Positions 1 to 12,400 are shown, counted from the stretch's first letter. The stretch is DNA of 64,000 bases from Paragordius varius (GCA_964247055.1 OZ176057.1:2976001-3040000); one strand, 5' to 3'. A program made the numbers and translations. The notes: a model not told the origin generated them from the letters alone.

Positions 1-50
1 AATTTATTTTACGATAAAACATAATATATGCACATATTTATATATATATA

Positions 51-256
51 CCATTTACAATTCGAATTCACCCTAAAAATAAATTATTGTGTTTTTGGGA
101 TAATTATTAATATAAACATTTTTACCATATAGTTTATTATTTTTTAGCATTATTTTAATTTTAAACAGAATTTAATATTTTAAAAATATTCTAAAATAAA
201 GGTAATTTTTAATCTTAAAAAACACATAATTTAGGGTGAATTTAAACTGTTAATGG
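51..256. mobile_element. TA-flanked MITE with CCATTTACA...TGTAAATGG-type termini, inside a SUZ12 intron; related copies at about 33191-33486, 37348-37580, 48040-48261, 50335-50567 and 63179-63480
   Basis: Inverted termini (CCATTTACAATTCGAATTCACCCT ... AGGGTGAATTTAAACTGTTAATGG) are flanked by TA. The same termini and an AT-rich core recur in five further places. Confidence 0.7.
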
Positions 257-272
257 TATATACATATAATAG

Positions 273-1804
273 AACATATTACCGAAGCTCCACGTATCAA
301 CCCATGTTGGACCAAGATTTTGAATACGATAGCGAATGTGAAGCTTTTCCCACATGGTTAATTGAACATAGATGTCGAGTAAATCATTTAAAATATAATT
401 AATCGTTTTTCATATTTAATTAATTTTAAGCATGGAAACAGATATGTATGTTTAATTTAACCTGGCTATGAATTAGATCAATATTTAGGCACTAAGCCTT
501 TGAAATGGTTCGAATTCGAAACAGTTTCAGAATCAAAGAATTAAAATATTTTTGAACCGTTTAAAAACCAAAATCCTTTAACACGGTTCTTAACTAATAT
601 TTTTATTTTTTCAAAAATTTTAATGCAATATGACTGAAAATTTTAAATTTTGCAATGGGTTACAACATGTATGTAAAAATGTAAATATTTTTTTAAAAAG
701 AAAAGTAGCGCACATAATTTTTGTTTTTATATGCTAATCTTTTGTCAGCTATAAAAAATAAGTTTTATGTAAGTTTTAAAATTAACTAAATAAAAACCAT
801 TTAGCCAAAAAAATAATGAGAATTAAACAGAAATCATTGAAACTAAAAAATGGAATTGTAGAATCTATAAACTATATTTTTAAACTTAAAACAGCTGATT
901 GATGAATTTACGGACGTGGATGAGGATGAAAAAGCATTTATGAAACTTTGGAATCGATTTATGATGAGTCCCCGAGGCGTAATGTAAGTATAAGCTCAGT
1001 TTCATTTTATATTTAATTTAAATTCATTTTTTGGCTATCTTATAAATTTGTTTTTTGCGTCAAATCCATATGCTAATAGTTATTAAATATATTTTTACCA
1101 TATTATATATTTGTATAAATACAATAAAATTTATATCCCCTTATATATTGAATAGTAAATGTTGATCTTCTAAACCAGCCGTGTCCAACATGAAACCCTT
1201 CGAGACTTTATGTGCGGATTGCAAAAATTTAAAAATTCGTAATTCGCAAAAAGCTGCTTTTCAATCTTTGCAAAATTAATATTTCTCAAACGATATTTCT
1301 AACTAAGCCTATCCTAAAGGCAAGAACGATAAATGCTAATTATTGCATTTTGCAGTCTTATGTTGAAATTTAATAAAGGCTAATGCTTCATATTAGAGTG
1401 GGCCCGCCGTTTTTGAGTTAAAAATTAGGCCCGCGAATTATTTGCGTTGGACACCCTTGTTCTAAGCCCTTTTTTGAAGTTGGTATTTAGGAAGGTTGCA
1501 TATAGCTAAATGCCCTCGGTTTAGATTGAATAATTAAATAAAATTTAATTAAACCACTCTTTCTTTGTATTTTACTATTATACATTGTAGATATCTTGGG
1601 AATTGTCACATTTATACAGCCTGTCAAACCTTTATAAATTTATACACCAGAGATGTGTGTGCGTTAAATTTGTCCAAAAATTTAATCTTTCACCTAACGC
1701 AAATGTATCATTTTGAATTGATTGATTCCAAACAACATTTAGAATTATGGCTACTTTTTTGCCAAAAACAAGCTAAATCCGGCATTTATGAGAATGAGAT
1801 ATAA
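273..1804 (+). CDS. SUZ12: Polycomb protein SUZ12, last three coding exons (VEFS-box domain); gene starts upstream of the window
   Basis: Exons 273-378, 895-983 and 1591-1804 have AG/GT boundaries in compatible phases. They translate to RTYYRSSTYQPMLDQDFEYDSECEAFPTWLIEHRCR/LIDEFTDVDEDEKAFMKLWNRFMMSPRGVI/YLGNCHIYTACQTFINLY...NLIFHLTQMYHFELI...*, collinear with the SUZ12 VEFS box (DSEDE..PEWL, IEEFSDVNEGEK..MKLWN, NFMLHL..M.DF.LI). Confidence 0.92.
1176..1459. mobile_element. hAT (Buster-type) MITE
   Basis: TIRs CAGCCGTGTCCAAC / GTTGGACACCCTTG, an 8-bp near-perfect TSD TTCTAAAC/TTCTAAGC with central TA, and subterminal GGCCCGC motifs. Related ends lie near 21257, 25315, 33885, 38890, 39248 and 47570. 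Confidence 0.75.
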
Positions 1805-3409
1805 TAATATAAATATCTCATATTTGCATTTGTTACTTATTATGTGATTTAACAGTATATATATATACTATATCTTCCTAACCATATAACACTAAGATAC
1901 TCAAAATTTTCATTTCATTTTATATTGTTTATTACAATATTCACGGAGATATATGCATGTTTGGAATTTTTAGTGACGCATTTATTGAACTACTCATCCC
2001 AACAAAAAATTAATAACCTTTTTCCATATAGTGATTAATTGATTTTTATGTTATATTTTGATGATTTTGATTGATTAAAAATGGGATTTTGTAAATAAAT
2101 ATACCCTAATTTTATATATTTAATATTGATTAAAATATATCATGTGTAAATTATTTTATCAATATTACCTAATTGAATGGTATAAAAAGGCTTGAAATTT
2201 ATTTAACAAAAGATACCCACTAAAATTTAAATTATTTTATAATTAGTTTTTGTAAATAGAAATAAAACAATCTTACCCATACATAATTAAATGATTATTC
2301 AATAATTTGGTGATAAAAATGCAAACATACGGTTCAACAGTTGGATACAACACATTCATTTCAGTCCTTCGATTCCATACAATAATTCAAAAAATATAAT
2401 GAAAATGGCGACAATTTAGTTTTTGATTTTTTAAAACCAAAATTTATATTTTGGCTTATTTACAAATTTCTAGTAAACAAGCAAATTTAAGTTGGAACCG
2501 TTCCTCTCAGTAGTTTATTCAAAATATTAATGTTATCCGAATTCGAATCAAAATAAAAGTTAAACATATGTAAAAAATATTTTTCATACAGAAAAAAATA
2601 TTTTTTGTCCTTGATTTTCTATGTAACATATATGAATCAATTTTAAATAAATTATAAAGTTTGACCGATTATCTATTTAAAATATGGTAGAAAAAGGAAT
2701 AATTTGTGCTTTTTGTCTAAAACGTAAAAAAAAATAGATAGTCACCACAAAATACTTGTATCAGTTTTTTTCAATTGTCGATAAGATTTAATGGTATAAA
2801 TTGATTTACCATTTCAACCTAGAACACAAACATAAAAATACAAGTGCATAACTTTATAATTTTAATAGGTTTTAAAAAAAATAAGTGACACATAAAAAAA
2901 CGTATTTTAGATTTTTAAAACCCTTAAAATTTTATTTTTGTAATATTTTATAAAATTTGGAGAGAACACCTTATACAATTATTTTTTATATATTAATAAT
3001 CTGAAAATAATAGACATTAGTTAATATACAGCTCTCAAATTTTTAAATTAGGATACCTTACTACCATTTATTTAATGTTTATATTGATTCAAGGTTAATT
3101 ATATTTTTATTGTTTTACTTATGCTAGCATAGTTTCAAATAATGTTTTATTGTACAAGAAATTTGAGACGCTACTTTTGTAGATCAACAGCCCAAATTTT
3201 TAGGTGTTTAAGTATTAAATTACCATAATTTTAAGGAAGCAGGGACACTTTCCTTCATAATAAAGTTTATAAAAAATATAATTCAAGGACACCTAACGAA
3301 ATTGATATTTTAAAATTTTGTAAAAAAACTTGACTATAAAAGGACAATATTTCATAAAATTTTGTATATTATTTTTCAAATCCCACCAAGCTATTCAATA
3401 AACTTTACA

Positions 3410-5347
3410 ATGAAAATTCGAAGCAACTCTTTACAATATTATGGATTGATTGGATTATTATTTTGCCTACTACAGTGCCCAATATTTGCTGGTAACATAT
3501 CGATTGTCCTTTTAAATTTAATATTTTACCATTTTTATGATTATAGAAAGAATCAAAATTTAGACTTTGAACCTTAATAACAGTAGAATATAATAAAACA
3601 AATAAAAAACATTGTCTGATATGCATGTTGACATGCTTGAAAAAATATACCTTTACTTTGAAAATTGAATACTCTTTGGAAAAAAAAGGTTTGTCTAAAA
3701 ATTTAAGGGTGCATCAAAATCAGGGTTTCAATTTTCAAAATGTGTGCTTTGAATCAAAATTATTATGCAGTAAGAAACACAGTAATGGTCGGTTTTTGTT
3801 TAAAAAATGACGATCGTTCATTCGACCCAAAAGTTTCTTTAAATAAATTACCAAAACTGATTCCACCAAACATTATTATATATTTTAGATATTGTTGGTT
3901 TGTCTGAATCAAATATAGCTGAAGTCCCGAAATCAGTTATTGACGCTCCCCCAATAATTTCAAAAACATCTAACTCAGAACCCCAATTACCGCAAAAAAT
4001 AGGTATAAATGTATACATATATATATGATGAAAATAATGCCTTATTGAAAACAGTAAAAAAATATGTATTAATATAAACTTTATCATTTTTTAGCAATAC
4101 TGATAAAATGACCTTAAAAATGGGATTGCGATTGCCGGACTGCAGAACAAACCAACCATATATTTAACAATATAAAATTTTTTTAAACATATGTTATATG
4201 TTCAAAAGTATTTAATTTGTTTTATTCTTTATATCATTTATGTCCAAAACAAATGGTTCTGAGGGCGGCATTTTTGACTTAAAAAATGAGTACCGCAGAA
4301 AACTATAAATGCGACTAAATTTTCACTAGATATCAACAAAACTGTAAAAAAATTTATCACAATATATGCCAAAATTTATTCAAGAAATATGTATACTTAT
4401 TTGAAAACTACCATTTTTTTTAATTATAAAATTAAAAAATTTAAAGGTAAAAATGCGGCCTGTGGGTGTACTCGACACCCTGCTTCAATTTTATAGAACA
4501 TTGACTTACTTTTTAGCCTCTTTACTTAAACTTTATACGTATTTAATAACTGTAGAAGCCAATACATCCAATGAACATGCTTTGCCTGAAGTTAAAAACT
4601 CTTTGGTAAAAATTATATTATATTCCAATTCTAAATTTTACATAAAAAATATATTTTATAGAAATATAAACAATCAAAATACCCTTTCTATATTTATTTT
4701 AATAAAACTAATTTAATATGATGTTATGAATTTATGATTTGCAACACAAAAAGCAAACATAAAAGAGGATCTAAATCTAATATATTAATTAATAACAATT
4801 TACAATATGACACGTTGTATAATTTACTAAATTTGCATTTACATAAATTGTAATTGTAACTACATTATAAATGGCAGTAAACATTGGAATTAAAGGACAA
4901 AACGTAAAAAAATAAAATATTACTTTTTTATGAACCTTAATTTTTCCGCATAAACTATTTAATTTTATAAGTGTAAAACACATGGTTATTAATATTTATA
5001 TCTATTTTATACTTTGTAATTAATAGCGAGAAAGTAGATTTAAAAAAAACAATAATGAATACATTATATTGTAATGTTTTGTGAGGACAATTTCAATTTT
5101 ACTGTAATTTACTTAGGCTGCTCCAAACCCAATCAGACGACCTTCTACCAGCCATAAAAAGCCTCGCGCCCGAAAGCCCAATCTTAGACGGCCCCCAATA
5201 AAAAAACCGCCAAATAAAAAGCCTCCAAATAAAAGGAAGCCGCCAAAGAATCGTAAACCGCTGATCTCCAAAAAACCTATAAAACCAATCAAAAAGCCTG
5301 TAAAAAAACCATCGATACCAGCTAAAAAACCATTTTTCTTTTTTTAA
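3410..5347 (+). CDS. Orphan secreted precursor, 158 aa: signal peptide, Ser/Pro/Glu-containing pro-region, Lys/Arg/Pro-rich C-terminal domain
   Basis: Exons 3410-3491, 3889-4002, 4556-4605 and 5117-5347. All introns are GT-AG, phases 1/1/0 join into one open frame of 477 nt, and AATAAA overlaps the stop. Exon 1 encodes MKIRSNSLQYYGLIGLLFCLLQCPIFA (hydrophobic core typical of a signal peptide). Exon 4 encodes AAPNPIRRPSTSHKKPRARKPNLRRPPIKKPPNKKPPNKRKPPKNRKPLISKKPIKPIKKPVKKPSIPAKKPFFFF*. Confidence 0.75.
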
Positions 5348-6084
5348 TAAATGCTTCATGTAATTTGAACGTTTTAGTTTGTATAATAATTAAACATTCA
5401 TTATTATGAATCATATTTTTTAAAATGTTCACATTTTATACTTTATGAATTAATCATATTTTTATGGGAAGTTTGTATATTGTCAATCTACCAAATCAAC
5501 ATTTGTAATTATGTTTGTGATTACCCAGCCAATATATTTTAAGAATTGAATAAATATGGATAATAACTATATTTTATTGTGTATGAAAAATTTGAACTTA
5601 AAGTTCATTCTTTAGATCATGAAATTCTTAAATGTCAAAAAATTTAAACAATAAAGACACACATTAGCTATTAGGGTCTTTTTAGTGAGAGAAAAAATAA
5701 TAAATATTATTGTTTTTTCTTGTTTACTATAAGTTGCAAGAAAAATGTGTGCTCATACATTTGTAATCACTTTTGTAACCAATTTTTACTGCTGATAAAC
5801 TTAAACTTTAAAGAAAATTTTTTATATTCCAGGAAGTATACCAGATTTTGCGGACAAAAAATACATTAATAATATGGGTTGCAATGTTCATTTTTTGCTG
5901 AACATTTTTATCACCTCAGAAGAATTAAAAAATTCTATTCATCCAGGTTAAGTTTAATAAATATAGTGTTTTCTTACAAAGATGGACCAAATTAATTTTA
6001 AGTAGACACACTTTTAAATTAAAAATCTGAAGGGATAGAAATCAGCAATATCGAATTACATAGAAATAGTTTTTAATAATATAT

Positions 6085-6510
6085 TAAAGCGTTTATAAAC
6101 CGTTTTCGTCATAACTCAAAATAGTATGAAGTACGCGTGAACAAAAAATATTTAATTTAGCATATATTTAAATTTTTTCTCGCCCAATCCCGGCATTTTT
6201 ACGTTTATAAGAGGACTAAGAAGAGCGAAATTTGGGACTTTCGGGACCCACATCTTAAAATTAAATTTTGCGAATAAATTGTTTTGATTTTTATATGTAG
6301 TCTATGAGATACTTTAGTTATTTTTGAAATAAAGCTCCGAGCTTTCATCAAAACAATAGTGTTAAAAAATGTGCGAAAACTTTGCCATTTTTTGATATAA
6401 AGCCACTTACCACAAAACTTTCTTAAATCGCAAGAGCCAAAACCAAAAGAGCCATTATAATCCAATTATATATATTTTATCAAATTATTTTTCTGTGGAA
6501 TCTCATGAGT
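6085..6510. repeat. Dispersed repeat family of about 400-450 bp, possibly Kolobok-derived (TTAA followed by RG at one end); copies at about 25660-25960, 28840-29340, 31920-32520, 36480-36740, 50590-51050, 51200-51700, 57000-57480 and 62560-62990
   Basis: Recurrent ordered motifs TATACCGTTTCC, GAAGTACGCG, CCCGGCATTTTT, GGGACTTTCGGACCCCACATC, TTTGCCATTTT, CCAAAACCAAAAGCACC occur in both orientations. The superfamily assignment rests only on the TTAA-AGG/GG start. Confidence 0.55.
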
Positions 6511-7228
6511 TATCCTGGTTTCGTTTGAAAAAATTGAGAACTAACAAAGTACCGGTTTGATTAAACTTTGTTGTCAAAATGCTACAAAAGCAGCACACCC
6601 GCTTGGTATAAAAATCCTAAAATTAGGCTTTTATTCCAATTAGCTTCTGAATGTCAGGTCTCTCTTCAATCCCAACAAGCATTAAAAATTGTTAAATGTT
6701 GAGTGTACCTTCCCACAAACATGCACACTCTGTTAGCCGTTAAAATTAACCAAAAAAATTAAAATATCCATTTTTATATATAATTGTGGAAAAAATAAAT
6801 AATGATGCGTTTTCAAATCAACCAATAAATATACTCCAAATTAATCGGAAAAAAATATACAATTTAAACTTTAAGATCCTTGAACATTTCAACCCCTTCG
6901 ACCTTTTTCTTATGTTTTTAACTAATATTGTAAATATTTTAATATTAATAAGATAACACGTAATTGAAAAATATTTAGGTTTTCTGACTTATTAATTACA
7001 ATTTTTCTTTAAAAACATTAATAAGTAAATAATCTTGCTAAAATATAAAATTATTGAAACAAAAAAGGGCAAAACAAAATAAATTGAGAGCACTAGGATT
7101 TTCTTTAAATTTAATTTTAGATTTTGGATTTAATTTAAAAAACATTTATTCTTCGTGTACATATGCTTAAACATTTAAAAAGGATACAAGTGGAATTTCA
7201 AAGCCAGTTATTTTTATTATAATTTTAG

Positions 7229-7866
7229 AACGAAAATGCAAGAATGATCCAAATAAATTTTGCATCAGTTATCGTAAAGAAAAATAACTTACGGAATATC
7301 TTTATTAATATTCTAAAGAAAAAAAGGCATTTGGAGCTTTAAAAAAATCAACGCTGGTTTTTAGCCATATATTTTTAATTATTATGATCACATAAGTCTG
7401 AGGAATATACAATATTAGCCCAGGAACTCGTAAAAAGTTACCAACGGGTAGGTGGATTATTTCATAAAATATAGGCTGTAAAGTGACCATAAAGCTCCAC
7501 ATAATAGATAAACATATTGAACAATTTCTAGTTAATTCCATCACCGATGAAATCGGTGAGAGAATGCACCAGGACATAAAAAATCTGAAATCCAAAATAT
7601 ACTGCATCCAATGATATTTGAAAATTAATAATATCCACTAGGTATAATTAACATCGTTTTTGTAAGATCTAACCGAAGAAAAAACCTAATCCAAGAAATA
7701 ATAAAAACCAACAAAATAAATATAGCTTATCTAAAGGCCGATGGTTTAAACCACAAATGTCTCTTTTAATAATTTTTTTATAAATATATAAGTGTTTAAT
7801 ATTAGCTTTAAAAAACCCTAAATTTTAACGTTATAGCTCAAAAAAGTCCAAATTTGTCGACTAGTG
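7229..7866 (+). pseudogene. Internally deleted Chapaev3-like (CMC superfamily) DNA transposase relic
   Basis: N-terminal motif RKCKNDPNKFC (7231-7263) lies next to C-terminal motifs ELVKSYQRVG and GCKVTIKLHIIDKHIEQF...ITDEIGERMHQDIK (about 7400-7590). These match the family pattern LGCNMSxKxHFLHSH...SDEHGERFHQDI. The region ends in ...AAATTTGTCGACTAGTG; a similar terminus ...TTTGTTGTCTAGTG-TAA lies at 10314. Family assignment is from recalled motifs. Confidence 0.6.
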
Positions 7867-8716
7867 TGATAAAACATATAAATCAATAAATTATGGTCGA
7901 TTCCAAACTTAAATAATTTGACGACCAACTTGAAATGTTCAAGGACCAAAGTGTTCAGACACTCTTGAAGTGCAATGGTAAATTATTTTTAAAGCTTCTA
8001 AAATTCCAAAACACAAAGCCAACCAAAAAACGATGTAAAAAACCATCCTCGAGAGCAGATTTTGCCTATTTTGGGGCAATAATATAGAACATTTTACATA
8101 AAACACTTTAAATAACTTCAGCAGTTTTTATATTTATATAGGTATATTTAAACGATATCTAAAAAAGAAAAAATGGAATGACTCTTTATAATATTACAAA
8201 ATCTTAAAAAATATCTAATTTTGGCCAAATTAAAAGATATGCATTTAACCTTTTGGGCTCTTTATCAAAATCTTCAAAAAATATAATTGTATTAAAATAT
8301 CCTTTTTAGACAATTAGCGGAATATTGTATTTTCTTAAATGGCTGCATAAATTAATTATGATTATGAATAAAATTAATTTAAATTTTTTTGGATAATATG
8401 TAAATTTTCCATAGAATTACTTCAAAAATCTGTTGTTTGAAACTAATTGGGTGCCCACTTAATTTTAGACTGTAGATATACCAAATTATAAAACTTATTT
8501 TATCTAATTTAGATAAATCATATTTTATCAAAAACAATACTATAATACCACTACACAACAAATTACTTTTTTTTAAATGCCATTCTTGTAAATAAGATTT
8601 CATTCAAGTATATAAATAGTATATCTGGAAAAAATGGGTCTAACAGCAAAGTTTTTTAATACGGTTTATCGATAATTTTTAAGCCCGATTTAACATTGAA
8701 ATCGGTTTTAGCTATA

Positions 8717-9429
8717 TATACCATTTACACTTCAAGAGTGTCCTTGAACAATTCAAGTTGGTCCTTGAACAATTCAAGTTGGTCCTTGAACAATTCAAGT
8801 TGGTCCTTGAACAGTTCAAGTTGGTCCTTGAACAGTTCAAGTTGGTCCTTGAACAATTCAAGTTGGTCCTTGAACAGTTCAAGTTGGTCCTTGAACAGTT
8901 CAAGTTGGTCCTTAAAATTTATAAATTTTGATTTAACCATAATTTTTGCATTTATTTTTTTATTTAATTATTTATTAACCTAATTTTCTTTATTTATTAT
9001 ATATTTATTCATTTAATAAATTTTTTTATTAAAAAACCACTTTTTTTGTTTAAAACTTTTTTTCAATTAAACAAAATTATTGACTTTTAAATGTTTTTAA
9101 TGAAAAATTTTAATAAATATCCCAGAAAACTTATATATTTTTTCATTTCGTGTTAAAATCTTATAAATATCTAAATTTATTTTAAGAAATTAATAAAGAT
9201 ATACGGTTTTTCAAAGATTAAAAGTTGATATCGATTTATAATTTATGTTAAATAATAGAAAATTGGTTAAAAACAATAAGATAGACGAATTATTTTCGAT
9301 TTGATTGATAAAAGTTAAAAACAAAACAAAAAAGTTAAAGGACCAACTTGAATTGTTCAAGGACCAACTTGAATTGTTCAAGGACCAACTTGAATTGTTC
9401 AAGGACACTCTTGAAGTGTAAATGGTATA
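8717..9429. mobile_element. Foldback element with long inverted arms built of 21-bp tandem repeats
   Basis: Left arm TATACCATTTACACTTCAAGAGT followed by 8 units of GTCCTTGAACA(A/G)TTCAAGTTG (8740-8907). The right arm is its reverse complement with 3 units (about 9340-9429). A further right-arm fragment lies at about 7920-7980. Confidence 0.8.
8740..8913. repeat. 21-bp minisatellite, 8 contiguous units
   Basis: Directly visible unit GTCCTTGAACA(A/G)TTCAAGTTG with no spacers. It produces the spurious repetitive ORFs (FKDQLEL)n and (SLNNSSW)n. Confidence 0.95.
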
Positions 9430-12400
9430 GCCATGTATTTAATATCATTCGAAAGAGCGCGAAAAACTGTATCTTTCGAATGGTAGTTGGTCATTTAATC
9501 AATTTAATGTAAAAGTTATTTGAGTTTATATGGTCAAAATTTTTAATTAACCTACCCTTAAATAAATCAAAAATTTTCACAGACAAACTAATTTAAAAAT
9601 CATATAAATTATTTTACTATAGTTATTAGGGTTACATTAGTAATAAATTAAAAAAATCTTTAAAAAGCTTTTGGTTTGCATTTTCAAAAAAATTATTATT
9701 ATCAATATTTTACCTAGCGGATACTAAAATGCATAGTTAAAACTCTAAATTTATAACATTATATATTGAAAATACGTTAAAATTTGTATTTAGTCTTTGA
9801 AATTTTGAAATTATAGGCCTCCTAAAGAAAACAAATTAATATTGATGAGATAGTAATTTTTTAAAAACTTAAAAATAGCTGTTTTGAATGACATAAAAGC
9901 AATAAATAAGTTTTTTAATCAAAAAAATTTCTTGTGTTATCTTTTTTGGACCATTGCCATCTAGACAAGGTGTGAGATATTTTCACCCATTAGTTTTAAA
10001 AATTATATTATTAAAAACGCTCTCGCTTAGTGGGTTTGTCGCTTCCTATGTCGAATATTAACTATCGATTTAAAACATATTAGTATGCATTTTATAGATT
10101 ACTCTTTCGAATAATATATTACAAATGGGCATTTATTGTATATTTTCGAAAAAAAACATATCTTAGTAAAAATTTGGAGGGCGCATAATCAAAAAAATTA
10201 AATAATTCAAAATTAGCTGGAATTATAATTTTTACTTGGGATTTACTGTTAACATTATAGTAAATATCAGAAAATGCAAAAAACTCGAGTGGCAGAAAAA
10301 TTTGTTGTCTAGTGTAATTGTAGTATTTTTTAAATCAAGGCTCTAACATAAACATCCGAATATTATATTAAAAAATAATAAATTAACACTTAGTAAAGGC
10401 AGATAAATTTGTATTACTGCTTAATATGGATGCTGCATCAGCTGTATTCATTTTATGGTCAAAACCCCAACCTAGGCCAGTTTTCAAAAAAGTACTTTAT
10501 AAATAAAAGTTAAAAAAATGGCTAATGTATATTTATTATTGATTGATAATTATTTTTAATGATATTACATAAAATTTTGATAGATGTATTGAAAATTATA
10601 TATTTATATTTTATACTTATTCAATAATTTCTAATATGTATTTCAATTCATTTATGAATAGTAAAATATGTGGGTGTGATTGATATAGATTAATGAAGAT
10701 ATATATATATATATATATATATATAGATATATATATATGCATGATAAATGAAAGTCATAATAAAAAATATAAGTAGCATGGTGAGACATAAACACAAAAT
10801 GATCGATTAAAAAATTTATTTGGCTAATTTTGATTTTATAATAAATTTTCAGAAACTTATATATTTCATAAAACACGGTGTGGACACATACCACCATGTG
10901 TATGTTATATGTAATATTTCAGGGTGAAACTATTGTTTTTACACCTGATACTAGAAAAGATATGAATGCTATTACAAAATAATTAAAAACATATATAAAG
11001 AAACATTGTATAAAAAATATACAAAAAAATTAGGCTAAAAAATAAAAATAGATATTATTAGAAAAGTGTGGATATAGATTATGAATGCAGTGTGTATGCT
11101 TTAACTGGTCAGTGGTGTATGGTAATAATCAAATAGTTTTATACATACAAAACAAATTCACAATAAATGCTATATTTTATCACTATGTCACTAATATTTG
11201 CTTCTATGATTGATTAAACAAATTACATATATATGTATATATAAATTATATATAAAATTCGTCCATAAAATACAAAATTCACGCAGATCATTACCTTCAT
11301 GGTATCAACCGCATTAAGTAGGGTTAATATTTTGTGTATAAACCAAATAAGTAAATCGCCATGCCGTTTTTACTAAGGGTAATGATATGCACAAATTTTG
11401 TATTACACTCATGTATCCTTTATTATATCAAAAAGATTTTTTCGTTAGGGTATAAATATTTGGTAAAGAAAGGAGTAACAAGAACTCTATGGTAATTATT
11501 ATATTTTTTTGATATATATGGTTAATAATAGAGCTGTTTTTATTTCACTCTTTAACAAATATTTCTACCCTAACGAGTGAAAATAAATTTTTGATAGAAA
11601 AGAGGATACATGATTGTATATCACTATAATGATCGTCTGCCCCAAAAACCAAATACGGTAAATATATTTTTAGTTTTAAAATAAAAAGCTAAAGAGGTAT
11701 ATTAGAAAAGGAGGGTAGGCTAGAGGGACAAAACGCTAAGCATTAATCATAAATTACATATAAATTTTTTAACATTCGCAACTATTTTTATAATGATATA
11801 AATTTGGATATACATATATGGTTTCAAAAATGTCTTCAAAAATATTGAAATTTTTTAAAAATAAAATATAGTTTTATACATTTAATTATATATGTAAAGA
11901 TGTTTGCAAATTTAAAAATAATCTCTATTGTATGATAATTTTAATGATTTTCTAATTATATTGTAATATTTAATTCTAATATTATATTTTATCTAATATA
12001 TCTGAATAATATAAATTTACTAATTAAACAAAACATAGCATAATAAATTGAGGGAAGGATATTGGTATTCACAAGGAATTGACTACAATTTGCTAGGTTT
12101 ATATAATTATATAGTATAATATTTGATGATTTTTGAAGTAAATGAATCAATGAATGACAAAATATCGAATATACCGCATTCCGAACATATTGTAAAACAA
12201 ATTTTTTTCGTTTGCGCATTGTGTCTGATAAACCAATCTCTAATATATATATATATAGATATATAAAAAATATGAACCAATTTTTATAATCAATATTTTG
12301 GTAATGACTGTGGCGTAAAGTTTATTTTGGTGAGTTTATTCTGTAAAAAATAAAGCTGTATTGGTAAAAATTAGTAGTTAGAGGGAAACCACCAAAGCTT

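Noticed and set aside
5099-5359. Trp/Phe/Arg-rich minus-strand ORF
   Set aside because: It is the antisense shadow of the K/P-rich exon 4, which has proper splice and polyadenylation signals on the plus strand.
8740-8913. CRISPR-like repeat array
   Set aside because: The units are contiguous with no unique spacers, the context is eukaryotic, and no cas genes are present.
8696-9408. Repetitive ORFs (SLNNSSW)n, (NCSRTNL)n and (FKDQLEL)n
   Set aside because: These are artefacts of a 21-bp repeat that is a multiple of three, within a foldback element.
11355-11400. U5 snRNA-like loop (GCCGTTTTTACTAA) followed by AATTTTG
   Set aside because: The loop differs from the invariant GCCTTTTAC and the U5 stem 1 pairing is absent. 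The similar GCCTTTTACTA at about 57005 also lacks the stem.
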